DNA from: Neovahlkampfia damariscottae | Lineage: Eukaryota | Direction of reading: 5' to 3' | Length of the DNA stretch: 64,000 bases | NCBI GenBank assembly: GCA_016618085.1 | Contig: JABLTG010000042.1 | Coordinates: 1-64,000, forward strand | Shown: piece by piece, positions 1-12,300 of the stretch | How the letters are laid out: the number at the start of each line of letters is the position of its first letter | Position numbering within the stretch: the first letter of the stretch is position 1 | Program-made: the position numbers and the translations under genes | The notes under the pieces: model-generated | Database searches by the model: none | Seen by the model: only the letters and a program-made list of their open reading frames with translations | What the model was told of the DNA's origin: nothing

Positions 1-125
1 AAACCCAAAACCCAAACCCAAACCCAAACCCAAACCCAAACCCAAACCCAAACCCAAACCCAAACCCCAAACCCAAACCCCAAACCCAACCCCAAACCCA
101 AACCCAACCCCAAAACCCAAAACCT
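1..125. repeat. Telomeric repeat array (CCCAAA)n = TTTGGG on G-rich strand
   Basis: About 20 tandem CCCAAA units at the contig start, with variants (CCCCAAA, CCCAAAA, CCCAAC) toward the inner end; C-rich strand at the 5' end as expected for a left telomere. Confidence 0.95.
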
Positions 126-584
126 ACACATAAACCCATCACAACTCTTAAACCACTCTTTAGTAAAATTATTCATGCCACAAATTGTCTTCAAAGAGTT
201 TCCATATTCAGAAGTTATATTAGTTCATTTGTTCAAGTAATAATAAAAATAAAGATGAATGAGAATCTTGAATTAAATGTTGATTGCTCAATTATCACAA
301 TACAAAAGATAGAATGCCAGTTAAAGAAACTACAAAAAAAAAATTAACTCTTAAGCACAAAACTGCTATGCTCCAATATTTTGACTACACGAAAAAAGAA
401 TTTCATTAAGAAACAAAAATTGGAAGAGGATCAAAAACAATCAAAATCCAACACCTCCAAAAAGAAGGTCAATAAAACAAAATAAAATTTTATTTTTGTT
501 GGTTTTTCACCATTTTTTACTGGTAGCAAAACTAACTTTTTTGAGTCAACCAATTACAAGTGAAAACTTTAACCGACATCAACA

Positions 585-657
585 GCCTCTATAGCTCAGT
601 TGGGAGAGCGTAAGACTGAAGTTCTTAAGGTCCTTGGTTCGATCCCTAGTGGAGGCA
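585..657 (+). tRNA. tRNA-Phe(GAA)
   Basis: GCCTCTA/TGGAGGC acceptor stem, TAGCTCAGTTGG A-box, TAAGA-CTGAAGT-TCTTA anticodon arm, GGTTCGATCC B-box, T-run just downstream. Confidence 0.95.
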
Positions 658-659
658 TT

Positions 660-1430
660 ATTTTTAATTTTGAACATTTCTTTGTGCTGCTCATCTTGGT
701 TTTCTGTGTTTATGTTCTTTCTTCCCATTGGCAAAAAATGATTGGTCAATGGCTGTGTAAGATGTGATGAATGTGGTGGAAGGAGGTATGTTTCAATATT
801 ATTTTCCTTTAAAGTTGTAAGTGCCTTTGGGTTTTCATGTGAGTAGTGTCCATTTAAAAGAATTCCTGCTTTTATATTTCGTAAATTTTTTGCTTTTGTT
901 AAGTTGCAAACGTGGCAAGTTAAAATGTTTTTTACATATACTTCAAAGACATTAAAGGTGGCATATTTTGTTTCAGAAGATATTATCTTTCCCAATAAAC
1001 CTGAAGGAAACCCAAAAGGAAGCAAATCATCATCCATCGTTTTTCTGTTAACAATTATTAACGGTCTGACAAAATCCATCATGGAACCAATAGTACACAT
1101 GAATGTAACATGTTCAGAAGGTTTTTCAACATTGTAAGTTGTCTTTTTGGTTTTATCTTGCTTAGGAACAGTAACCATCTTTGTGTGGTTCTTTGTAAAT
1201 TCATCTAGTCCACTCTTATCAACTTTAAAGAGAAATTTAGTGAATGGTTTTTAAAAATACTTCAAGTTTTTTGTAATGTGTTTTTAATTCTTCAAAAGTA
1301 ATCTGAGCTCTTTCACGCTCAATAGGAAACACCTCCACTGTTTCAAGTTTTTCAGCATGTCTTTTTACTAAGCTACTCACCCAAGAAACTGAAATATCTA
1401 AATCTACTACCAATTGAATTAACAAAAAAT
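660..1430 (-). mobile_element. Degenerate pogo/Tigger-like (DDE_1) transposase remnant
   Basis: CENP-B-type HTH-like ISVSWVSSLVKRH, KVDKSG (N-DETG-like), EHVTFMCTI..PLII, ILLNGHYSH (DGHxSH with D>N), LLPPHSSHLTQPL; broken into two ORFs. Confidence 0.8.
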
Positions 1431-2369
1431 ATTTGTGTTTATTTGATGGATATTGATGGGTTGAGTTGGGATGTGATCTTAAGCAACTTGAAACTGAACA
1501 ATCAATAACACCTAAAAAAAAATATGATTAAAACAATATTTTCTTACCTTGAACTGATTCCGACAAAACATCATTATTTTTTTTTTTAAATTTAATATTT
1601 TTTAATTTTGAATTTAAAATTAAAGATGTTTTAAAAATAATTCTTAGTACTGTTCCTTTATTAATTTTATATTTTATAAATAATAATTCATAATTTATTG
1701 TATCTATAAAATTCTAATGTTAATTTTAATTAACTCTAACAATCTAAAATTTTTGAACCTGATTTTTTTTTCAAATTTAAATTTTAATTGAAACATGACA
1801 AATCTGAATCGTGCACAAAGGTTTTATTTTCTGAATTAAAAAATAATTAAATGAATTCAATTGTAAGATCATCAAATGTAAAAAGTTTAAAATTTCTTGT
1901 TGTTGTTTCAATAAAGAATTAAATAAAAATATAAAACTTTGTTCTTTTTCAATGCTTCCATTAATTCTGGTGTTGAAGGAAATTTTTGGATTTTCATTTG
2001 CACCTCTTCTATTACATTTCCAATGATATTTGCATCTTAATTCAGGCGATAATCTTGTTTTTTCATTGATTATTTTCCATGAAAAACGAACTTTGTTCTT
2101 CTTTTCTTAATTCTCACCACCAAGAAAATTCCATTAATTCCTCAAACAAAATAAACCCAATATTATGTATCTAAAATTCTAATATTAATTTTAATTGTAA
2201 CACCCAATAAAAAATTCTTCATTTTCAATTTCATATTTATTTCATCCGCAAATCAATCAGGCAATTTGAAAAAGCTTCAATCCACGTTGAAAAATTTTTT
2301 AGCCTCCCGTCCCTAACAGATATGCACTTTCCTTCCTTTTTAATTTTTCTTACCATTGTTTCTTTTCCT

Positions 2370-2760
2370 TTTGTAGCTGCTTTTGCTTCTTTATCTGCCA
2401 TTTCATTCCTGGTGTTCCTGAATGTGCTTCTATATATTCAATTCTTACTCTTCCTTTCTTTTTCCTAATTGAGAGAATATACAGAAACAAACAAGGAATC
2501 AACATTTACCGAATCAAGACAATTTTATTTTTTTCATTCTAGATCAATTGTGGTTCTTGGTGGAAGAATATCACACGATCTACCATTCAAATATTCAAAT
2601 CACTCAGGAAGAAAATATTCTGCTGCTTCAGTTTTTGATTGTGTGAAAAACAGTATAACAAAGACCTCTTTGAAATTAGTTTTTTCTGTTTTCTAGAGTT
2701 TGTAGCTTTTTGTTCAAAGAAAGATGACAACTACAGGTATTAACCTTGTCCGTGAAAGCC
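2370..2760 (-). mobile_element. Decayed retroelement RNase H fragment
   Basis: Minus-strand translation across frameshifts gives AFTD...TEAAEY...LDS...RVRIEYIEAHSGTPG/NEMADKEAKAA, the RNase H motif series; contains stops and a 1-nt frameshift. Confidence 0.7.
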
Positions 2761-3038
2761 AAAATATAATCTTCTTTTCGAATCCACAAAAAGTTTTATC
2801 TAGAAAAAATATCTCACAATATGCTGCAGAAAACTCCAAAGAGATAACAACTCAGCAAATTGCTTTTTTTTAATTTTGTTTGGGTTTTGTTTCTACCATA
2901 AATGAGAAAAATTGGATTTCAGGGAACCAGGTTGTGAAAATAAGAAGACGAAGATACTAATTTGAGAGATAACGTAATTGAGGAAACAACATAACTATGA
3001 ATTTTTGAAAATGCAAGGTTCAAATCCTCTTTATTCAT

Positions 3039-4342
3039 TTAGTCACTCAAAAAAATAGAAAAATTTGAATAGTCTTCCAATATTGGATTGTACCCAGATT
3101 TTGTTGCAGTCATGGGCAAATCTTGTTCATTTGAATATTTCTTGATAAAATTTGACTGCTTCATGATCATTGAATTCTTGCAAAAAATTTGGGAATGCAC
3201 TTTTTTCAATTTTTGGAAATCTGTTTCAAAAAAGATATCACATTCTCCTGGAGCAACAAGATAATTATGATAATTAACAGATTTGTAAACATCATTTTGT
3301 TGGTATTTTTTTTGAACAATTGGTGAATTAATGATTGATAAATTTTTTGAAGGGAAATAATCAAAATCTGCGAGAACTATAAAACTTTAAATATCAATTT
3401 CATTTTGAAATACTTAAATGATTATTCTTAAAGTGCTTTTTTATGGTTTCTAACATTTGTAATTGCATTGTTGGAATATATATTTCAATATCGCTTGAAG
3501 CTCCAAATGTATTTGAAAAAGAATCAAATAAAAAATTTCGAATTTTTTCTGTGAAAGATAAATCATTATTTTTATAAATGAATTCATTTGGTTCTATCAA
3601 ATTGAGATACCTTTTTCATTGTTTTAAATTTAAAAATTTTAAATTACTTTAAAATTAATGGATCAGTAAGAGGAAAATAATGTTCAACAAAATGTTCATC
3701 TTCTTCAAAAACCTTTGTTTCATATATTTCATAATTTTTTGAAGAAATAAATATTTTATCATGTGGCACTTTATTTTAATCAAAAATAGAAACAAACTAT
3801 TATCTAATACTTCAATTCCAATAATAAAACATTCTTCATTAACATCTTTATTCCAATCTAAAATAGATGTATTTGAATAACAATTAAAATGTTCATTATG
3901 TTCTTTACATGTATCTTTTTGTATTTTTGATAATTCTTTACTAATTTCAATTATATTATATTTTGTATTTTTATAAATATTAAAATAATTATTTTTTAAA
4001 TAATTTAAAGAAATATTAGCCAATGTACCATTACCACCCTTTATTTTTAATAATATAATTTATACATACTCCAATTTCATAAATGGTCAATTTTGAATTT
4101 AATTTTAATTTTGATAAAATATAATTTATAATAGCTTTTGAATAATATGGTTGAAATATTTCAGAAGGTGTTGTCCAATTTGAATTATTTGAATAAAGTT
4201 CACTCAATTTTAAATAATATTCTTTTTCATTCTTTAATTGTTTAAAATTTATTTTTGGGCTTTTTAAAATTAAATTATTTTTATTAAAGTATCCAATCTT
4301 TTGATCATATAAACATTTAAATATAAAGTTTCTTGTCAACAT
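3039..4342 (-). CDS. NDUFAF7/MidA-like SAM-dependent methyltransferase (spliced)
   Basis: CLYDQKIGYF, WTTPSEIFQPYY, YEIG|GGNGTLA, EVLDN|MPHD, ILADFD after removing 4 short GT-AG introns. Confidence 0.8.
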
Positions 4343-4388
4343 ATTTATAAAACAAAAAAAAAATTGATTGGTTAATTCTAATTGTCCA

Positions 4389-5267
4389 ATGAATTCAAAG
4401 AAAATTTTCAACAAAAAGTTGTTACGTAGTTTTACAAGTGGAAGTAAAAATATAAAAATCAAAACAACTTCTTTCATTCCTTTAAGTATTTTAAGTGGAA
4501 TTGTTTTAGGAAGTTCAGGAATATATTATAATTACTTTTCTGCAAGTGAAGACGCAGCACATTCACCAAATTATCCTTTTAATCATAAAGGAATGGATGA
4601 ATCATTTGATTCAAAGAGTATAAGAAGAGGATATCAAGTTTTTAAAAATGTGTGTAGTGCTTGTCATGGTATGAATAGAATGGCAATGAGACAACTTGTT
4701 GATGTTGCATATACAGCAGAAGAAGCAAAAAAAATAGCAGCAGAAATGGAAATTGTTGATAAAGAACCTGATGAACAAGGAAAACCAAAAATTAGACCTG
4801 GTACACTTGCTGATTATTTTCCAGAACCATTTAAAAACGAACAAGAAGCACGTTTTAATAATGGTGGTGCTTTACCACCTGATCTTTCATTAGTTGTTAA
4901 AGCAAGAGATGAAGGAGAAGATTATGTTTTTGCTCTTTTAACTGGATATTCAGATGCACCTGCTGGTTTAGAATTAAGACCTGGTTTATACTATAATGCA
5001 TTCTTTCCAGGTGGTGCTATCGGTATGGCTCCTCCTTTAAGTGATGGTTGTCTTGATTATGATGATGGTACACCTGCAACTGTTTCTCAAATGGCAAAAG
5101 ATGTTTCAACCTTTTTAGCATATTCTTCTGCAAAAGAACAAGATGAAAGAAAAAAAATGGGTCTTAAAGCAATGCTTGGTTTTTCAATTTTAGCTGTGCT
5201 CACTTATTATCACAAAAGATTTAGATGGAGTTTATTAAAATCAAGAAGAATTGAATTTAAAGAATAA
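4389..5267 (+). CDS. CYC1: Cytochrome c1, mitochondrial
   Basis: SIRRGYQV, CSACH heme motif, NNGGALPPDLSL, C-terminal TM anchor; intronless. Confidence 0.97.
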   Translation: MNSKKIFNKKLLRSFTSGSKNIKIKTTSFIPLSILSGIVLGSSGIYYNYFSASEDAAHSPNYPFNHKGMDESFDSKSIRRGYQVFKNVCSACHGMNRMAMRQLVDVAYTAEEAKKIAAEMEIVDKEPDEQGKPKIRPGTLADYFPEPFKNEQEARFNNGGALPPDLSLVVKARDEGEDYVFALLTGYSDAPAGLELRPGLYYNAFFPGGAIGMAPPLSDGCLDYDDGTPATVSQMAKDVSTFLAYSSAKEQDERKKMGLKAMLGFSILAVLTYYHKRFRWSLLKSRRIEFKE

Positions 5268-5288
5268 ATAAATTTATTGATCAATTTT

Positions 5289-6831
5289 TTAAATTTCAAT
5301 GGTTACTTGATCTTTTGGTGAATTTGTATAAATTATTGGATAATAATCACCTTTACTAATTATACCTTTTAATTCTAAATCTTTATCATCTCTTGAAAAT
5401 GAAACATATCCTAAATCTCTATCAAATTTAACACCAACTATTTGATTAACATTACATGTATTATTATTCTTTCCACTACAATTATATCTTCCACCTGATA
5501 ATGCCATACAAATCTATTTTAAATATATTAATTATATAATTAGTTTACATCTATTTAAAATATTACATATTTTACTAAAATAATAATACCATTGGATATA
5601 GTTGGATTTTGTGGTGTTTTTGTAATACCAATACAAAACCCTGGTTTTTGTGAAAAATGATCAAGAATAACATTAAATTCAAATTTTGGAGGTAATGGTT
5701 TTTCACCATAAACATACATTGAACCATATTGTTTACCAAATCTAATAATCTCACCATTATTAAATTTAATTTCATCTTTAAATTGATTTGGTACAATCCA
5801 ATTAAATAATTCAATACTTCTAGGTTTAATAAGTATTTGATTCTTTGGTTTTTTTTTTGAACTAAAATATTCTAATACTTCATCAATGATACTTGAATCA
5901 ACTAAATGTGTAGGTAAAACAATATTTGTAAAATCTCTTTCTTTCATGATACCGAAACGAATATGTGACAAAATATCTTTAATATTCTTTGAATCATTTA
6001 AATCATTCCATTTTTTAATTGCTTTAAAAATTAAAATCTAAAAATAGATTTAATTTTATAATATCTTACTTCAGGTGAACTATAATTATTAAAAATAGAT
6101 TTTAGTTTTTACTTTATTTCATTTTTTGAAATAATATAAATCAATTGTTTTTCATTTAATTTTAATAAATTTTCATGTTGAAATAATTTAATTATATCTT
6201 TTGATAAGAATTCATCAATTCTTTTTGATAATTCTTTATCTTTAATTGATATATTTAAAATATCAATTATATTTTCTTCATTAATATCATTCATTAATGC
6301 TTCTATTATACCTTCTTCTAAATCTTTTAAATTTAATTTACGTGAAATTGAAATGATTTTATCCATTTGAGAAAATGTAATATTACATTTACCAGTATAA
6401 ATATATTCTAAAATTAAATTAAATTCTTCTTTTTCAATTGAATCATTCTTTTTTTGTTTTTCTAATGTTTTACTTAAATATTTAAAAATTATTATATTTA
6501 AATACCATCTCATTGAAATAAATGTTTTATGTCCTGAAATGGTTACTTTATCTTTTCCAACAGTAAAAGTTATTAAACCACCACTACTAGTTAACTCTTC
6601 CGAATCTTTGGAAAGTAAATATTGAAAATCATTTGATAAATCATCTTCATGATAAATAGTCTATTAAAAAAAATGAATTATTAGAATTTCTTATTTACTT
6701 GTGGATTAATAGGTTTCCATGTTTTTTTTTTCTTCACAAAAATACCTTCAATATCATCACTGACTATACTTGGATTCAAATCAGATCCAAAGAATGACTT
6801 TTATCAATTAATAATAAAATGAACAAACCAT
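5289..6831 (-). CDS. BTB-BACK-SPRY domain protein (spliced, with microexons)
   Basis: BTB (LILEYIYTG), BACK-like region and SPRY-like C-terminus (IVGVKFD..GYVSFSRD..YYPII); ATG-only first coding exon; 10-nt and 2-nt microexons. Confidence 0.75.
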
Positions 6832-6924
6832 GTTTCAAAGACAAAAATCTGTTTAATTGGTTGGTCAATTTGATTGGATGAACTTAAAGTCAATGTTCTT
6901 TATTTTTACAATTATCATCATTCA

Positions 6925-7263
6925 TTAAATATTCAATTTTCCATCAATATATTTTAATTTTTCAATCAAAAGTTCATATTTTTTTTCTCTTTCATAAATA
7001 GAAATCTCTGAAACATTTTGAGAGTATTTTGAGACTTCTTCAATGTGTTGTGATAAATTCATTTTTATTTTTTTCAAATTTGATGTGAATTTAGAAATTA
7101 ATTCAACAGTTTCCATTTCTGATTTTGTATTTTTTATATTTTCTAAAATATTTTCACAAATTTGTATGACCTCAAGAATTCTCTGTGATTTATTAATCAT
7201 ATTTTATTGTTTTACATATTCTTCATCTTGAAGTGAATTTATTTTTTCATCTTGTGTTGCCAT
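6925..7263 (-). CDS. Small helical protein, possibly Mediator subunit 11-like
   Basis: Two-exon ORF of ~100 aa, helical; resemblance to Med11 is weak. Confidence 0.4.
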
Positions 7264-7331
7264 TTTTGTGTGAAGGTGGAATTGTCCAATAAAAAATGAA
7301 TTATTATTTTTTAAAATTAATTTTATTTCAA

Positions 7332-7784
7332 TTATTCACTTTCTAATTCTTCAAAAGGTTTCTTTAAAAACTTTGAAATAATTTTGATTTTTAATTTCAA
7401 CATACCAAAGCTAACTCTTTTTTCTGCACATGAACATAATATTACATTTTCAGTTACTTTTTTAACAATTATCCTTCCTTCCTATAATTTAATCACAGTT
7501 AAATGTTTTCAAACAAACTATACTTCACAATCTACAATTAAACAATTTAATTTATTATTATCAGAAATATGTATTCCTGTTTTATAATAAGATGTCCATA
7601 AACTTGAAGCAATTGCAGCAATAGTTTTATCTTCTTCAATATTTCCAGAAGACGATAAAATAGAACCATCAACATTTAATAAACTTGTATATTTAAAAGA
7701 ATATAAAATGAATTACATTGTAGTTTTTATACCATCAGTGTTTATTTGTTCAATTATTTTTGGTAAGACTTTTGGTTGAAGCAT
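7332..7784 (-). CDS. LAMTOR2: Ragulator LAMTOR2 / Roadblock-LC7 protein
   Basis: Spliced MLQPKVLPKIIEQINTDGIKTT|LLNVDGSILSS..IAAIASSLWTSY..VDCE|EGRI..FGMLKLK; not recovered by the ORF track. Confidence 0.85.
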
Positions 7785-7835
7785 TTGATTTTTAGTTTGG
7801 TTTTGATTGGTCAAATACAGTCTAAAATTGATAAC

Positions 7836-9396
7836 ATGAATCGATTAAAAATATTAAAAGATCAAATAATACCTTTGAATATTATTAAAGAAACTGAAAA
7901 TGAACCATATTTTGAAATAAATTATAATCAATTAAGTTATGAGAATATTATTGAAAGTTTAAGAGGGAAAGAATCAAAATATTTAAATGAAAAAGGTACA
8001 ATAGTACTGTAAATTTTTAAAAAAAAAATAAATTTAATTATAAAGATATGAAAAAGATCAAAATTATTTGAGTTCTTTAAAAACTAAAATATATAAAAAG
8101 AATAATGTTTATTTCATCAATACAGAAAATGAAAAAGAGGATCAAAAAATATATATTGAAGATTTAAATAATGAAATGAATTTAATAGTTTTTGGTAAAT
8201 TAATCATTGATAATGAATCATTTGGTGTTCATGGTTTTTTAATAAAAATTAAAAATTTAAAAAATGAAAAGAGAATAAAATATGGAAAAATGAAAGAAAA
8301 TGAAAAATATAGTTGGATGATATTTAATCATTATGAAATTGAATCATTCAATAATTCATTTTTATTTTCAAAAAATGAAAATTTAAATAATTATTTAATT
8401 AATAAAGATGATGCATCATTTTTTAATTATTTAAAAAATAATAAAGAAATGATTGAAATTCAATTCTTTAATTCTTTAATTTATTTAAAATTAAATTATT
8501 TGAAAGATTCATTAAAATATTATGATTTAATTTTAAATAAAATTGAAATTAAATATTTTAAACAACAGAATATTTTAATTAACAATGAAGAAAAAGAATT
8601 AAAATTAATTGAATTAAGATTGTATCAAATGAATTATTTTTTATTTAAATCAAAGTTGGAAATATTTAATGAATTATTTCAATTTTTATTTAAAGAAATG
8701 ATAAAGAATAATGAAATTCATCAAGATTATATCATAACTTTATCATGTTCATTAAAATCTTATATTCAAAAGAATATTGAATTAGATTTAAAATATTTTT
8801 TAAATATTTCTTTAGAAAATAACATTAATTTTAGTTTATTTGAAATTGAGAATAATAATTTATTGTATCAAATATCATCCCATCATTTAATTAAAAATTA
8901 TTTAAAATCTGATGAGAATGAATCATTCAATTTTTTTGAGATGAATATTCAAGAAATTGAAGAAATTGAAGAAGAACAAAGATTTAATTTTAAAATGATT
9001 CGAAATTATTTTAAATCTTCGTTGAATCAACCATCTCAAAAACAAGAAGATATTTTTGAAAATGTTAATGTTATTAAAAATATATTCAAAAAAAGAAAAT
9101 TAAAAAAATTAAAAGAATGTTTAATAGACTTACAAACTAGTGATAATGATCAATTTAAGAGTTGGAATGAAAATTCGAATGAATTAAATTTCATTTCAAT
9201 TTATTGGATTGAAGAGATAATAGTTCAATATTTATTAAATAATGAAGAAAGAGATTTGAATGATTACTATAAATTATTCATTGTGAATTTAATTTTAAAT
9301 GATTATTTTAATTTTTTTGATTCTGATGAAAAGATGTTCAAACAAAATTATTTCAAGAAAGAAATGAACATTATTTTAAATAAATTAAAGAAATAG
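7836..9396 (+). CDS. Highly divergent acyl-CoA oxidase-like protein
   Basis: IVFGKLIIDNESFGVHGFLIKI matches the ACOX VFAQL..GVHAFIV motif; FEIENNNLLYQ resembles YEGDNxVL.Q; one intron 8009-8045. Confidence 0.55.
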
Positions 9397-9399
9397 AAT

Positions 9400-12300
9400 T
9401 TATTTTTTTCTCTTTTCTTGTACAAAATCTTTTAAATCTTGAAACTTTTCTTTTGCCTTTAAAATTTTATCATTGTTAAATATTTTATTTCCTTCATTTG
9501 ATGTTGATACTTCTTCTTTTGAATTTATTAATTCTTTTTTATTTGGAGGTGTTGGTAAAGGTGGTAATGTACCTGTTTTCTTTTTTTGTGGAATAGGTGG
9601 TAATTCTCTTTTTGATACTGCATTTCTTAATTTTTGTAATTCATCATTTTGTGAATTAATTATTACTTTTAATTTCTTATTTTTTTCATTTAATTCTTTA
9701 TTTCTTTTTGATAAATCTCTATTTGTATCATCAAATGTTGATATTATTTTTTTTAAAGAATCAGTTAAAACTGAATGTTCTTCTTTATTTCTTTTATTAA
9801 TTTCTATCTGAAATTTTAATTTTTCTTCTAAATTTTTAATTCTCTTTTCATTTCTTTTATTTTCTAAATTTAAATCATTATTTAATTGTTTATAATTATC
9901 TAAATCAATTGATCTTTTTGTTTCAATTTTTAACTTTTTGATTTAAATATTAAATGATCAACTTACTCTTTCTTGAATTGCATCTAATCTATTATTCTCT
10001 TCACTTTTCATTTGAGTTACATATTTAACTAATTCTGACATTCTAATTGATAATTTTTCTTCTTCACTTTTTGATATTAAAAATGAATTATTCATAATTT
10101 TTAATTGTGAACTCAAATTTAATATTTCTTTTTTAGTTGATAAATATTTTTGATCATTCAAAAAACTTGGTGATTCAGTTTGTGTTTCTTGATTTGTCAT
10201 TTCAATTTTATCAACATCTATATTTTCATTTAAATCTTTTTTATTTTTTAAATTATTTTTTTGATTTAATATTAAATTGGAAAATGTTTTTAACATTGAT
10301 TCAATTTGAACATTTTGATCTAAAGGATAAATAAACATTTTATCTGTATCATTATTTATTATTGCTAATACATTAATTAAATCATTATCTAATAATTGCA
10401 TGGTTTTAACAACTTCTGTTTCAACTTTAAAATCTAAAGAATAATATGTATTTTTAATTATATTTGATTGTGTCTAAATGTTAAATATATATCCTCTTAC
10501 TGGTTCCATTTCTTGATTTAAACAAATAATTTTAGATTTAAATAAATAAAAATAACACTTCTTCCATTCTTCTTTCACACCAACTAATGTTTTTATATTT
10601 CCTTTTAATATTATTTCATCTTTAATTTCATTGGTGTTATTTTTTAATAAATTTAATTTTTCTTGATTTGTTTTGATTGGTTGTTTTTGATTGGATGATC
10701 CAAATTCCATATTTGACATCATTTCAACAAATTTCATTTTATCTTCAATTGCTTCTTGAATTGATTTTTCTTTTTCTTCTAATTCTCTATATAAATCATC
10801 AAATATTTGAGTTAAAGAATAATGAATAGATTGTGATCTTGCAATTGCGACTTGTGAATCAATGATTTCATCATTTAATAAATTAAAACTTGATTCAATT
10901 GCTTTATTTGGTTTCTTTAATAATCTAAAAAGATGAACAAATTGTTCTAAATCAATTATTTGATTCTTAATTAATTTAGTTAAAAGATATAAAATATCAG
11001 GTGCAATATAAATACTATATATTGATTATTAAAATGTAAGAATATTATTATACCGTGTTGGTTCAATATTTAATGTAATACCTTTTTCTGCAATTGGTTT
11101 TGCATAATCACTCAATACATTACCCTAAACAAGTTTAATCATTCAATTAATTACAGATAATGAAATATTATCACTTAAAACATTTCTTTTTAACACATTA
11201 TCTTTATAAATTAAAGATGATAATTTAATTTCTTTTGCATAAAAGTCAACTTTAAATTCAATTGTATTCTCTTTTTTATGTGTTAAATTTAATTTTTTAA
11301 ATTCAATTCCACAAGCATTTGGATTCTTTTCTTCACCAATTATAAATATTTCTATATTTTCAATATCAATATCAAATAATAATGGTTTTAATTCTTTAAA
11401 TGATTAATAATGTATTCTAATTTACTTTTTCTTTTATCATTATAAAATTCTTCAAGTTTTTTTGTTCCACTTTTAATTTGATTTACAACATCACCTAAAT
11501 ATTTTTCTTCTTTATATTCTTTTTTTTCTTCTTGTTTTTCTTTAATTTCTTCTTCTTTTTGTTTTTCTTCTTCTTTAATGTCTTCTTCTTCTTTAATGTC
11601 TTCTTCAATCAAAGAATCTTCATTTTTATTCATCAAATCTTCTTTAGATTCTTGATTATTTTCTTGTACCTTCTTATCATTTTTCATTTCAATTTTTTCC
11701 AATGCTAATTTTTTACTTGTTGAATATTTATCTTTAATATATTGAACTGTTCTATTAACTGTTCTATTCATAATTTCAATTGGAGAACAATCAAAAATAT
11801 TTTCTCTTGAATTAAAGAATTTTAAAGTTTGAAAAGATGATTGAGTATTTAAACCAATATGAATACCATTAATTTTTGAAACTAAAATTGGAAATATAAT
11901 ATCATTTATATCTTTTGAAAAATTATAAGCAAGTGAATGTTCATATCTTAATTTAATAATATATTTTGATTTATTTTCATCATTTAAATTATTAAAAATA
12001 AAATCATTTTCAAATTCATGACTAGCTAAAATGATAGAAGATGGATTGGATGAATTATCATTATCATTATTATTATGCATTGGTGATGTTAAACTTAATC
12101 CACCAATTTTAGATTTTAAAATTATTAATTTTCTATTTGAATGTGTTTCTAATAAGAATTCAGAATTAAATAATTTTAATTCATTTAAAATTGCATCTTT
12201 TTCAATAAATGATAAATCAAACATTTCATCAATATTATTGGTTGATGAATTTAATTGGATAGAAATCTAACAATATATTAAATTAATTAAATATTACTTG

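Noticed and set aside
579..660. C-terminus of the 199-aa ORF as real protein
   Set aside because: It is the antisense read-through of tRNA-Phe
2963..3037. tRNA-like stretch with GGTTCAAATCC B-box
   Set aside because: Acceptor, D and anticodon stems pair poorly; at best a decayed tRNA relic
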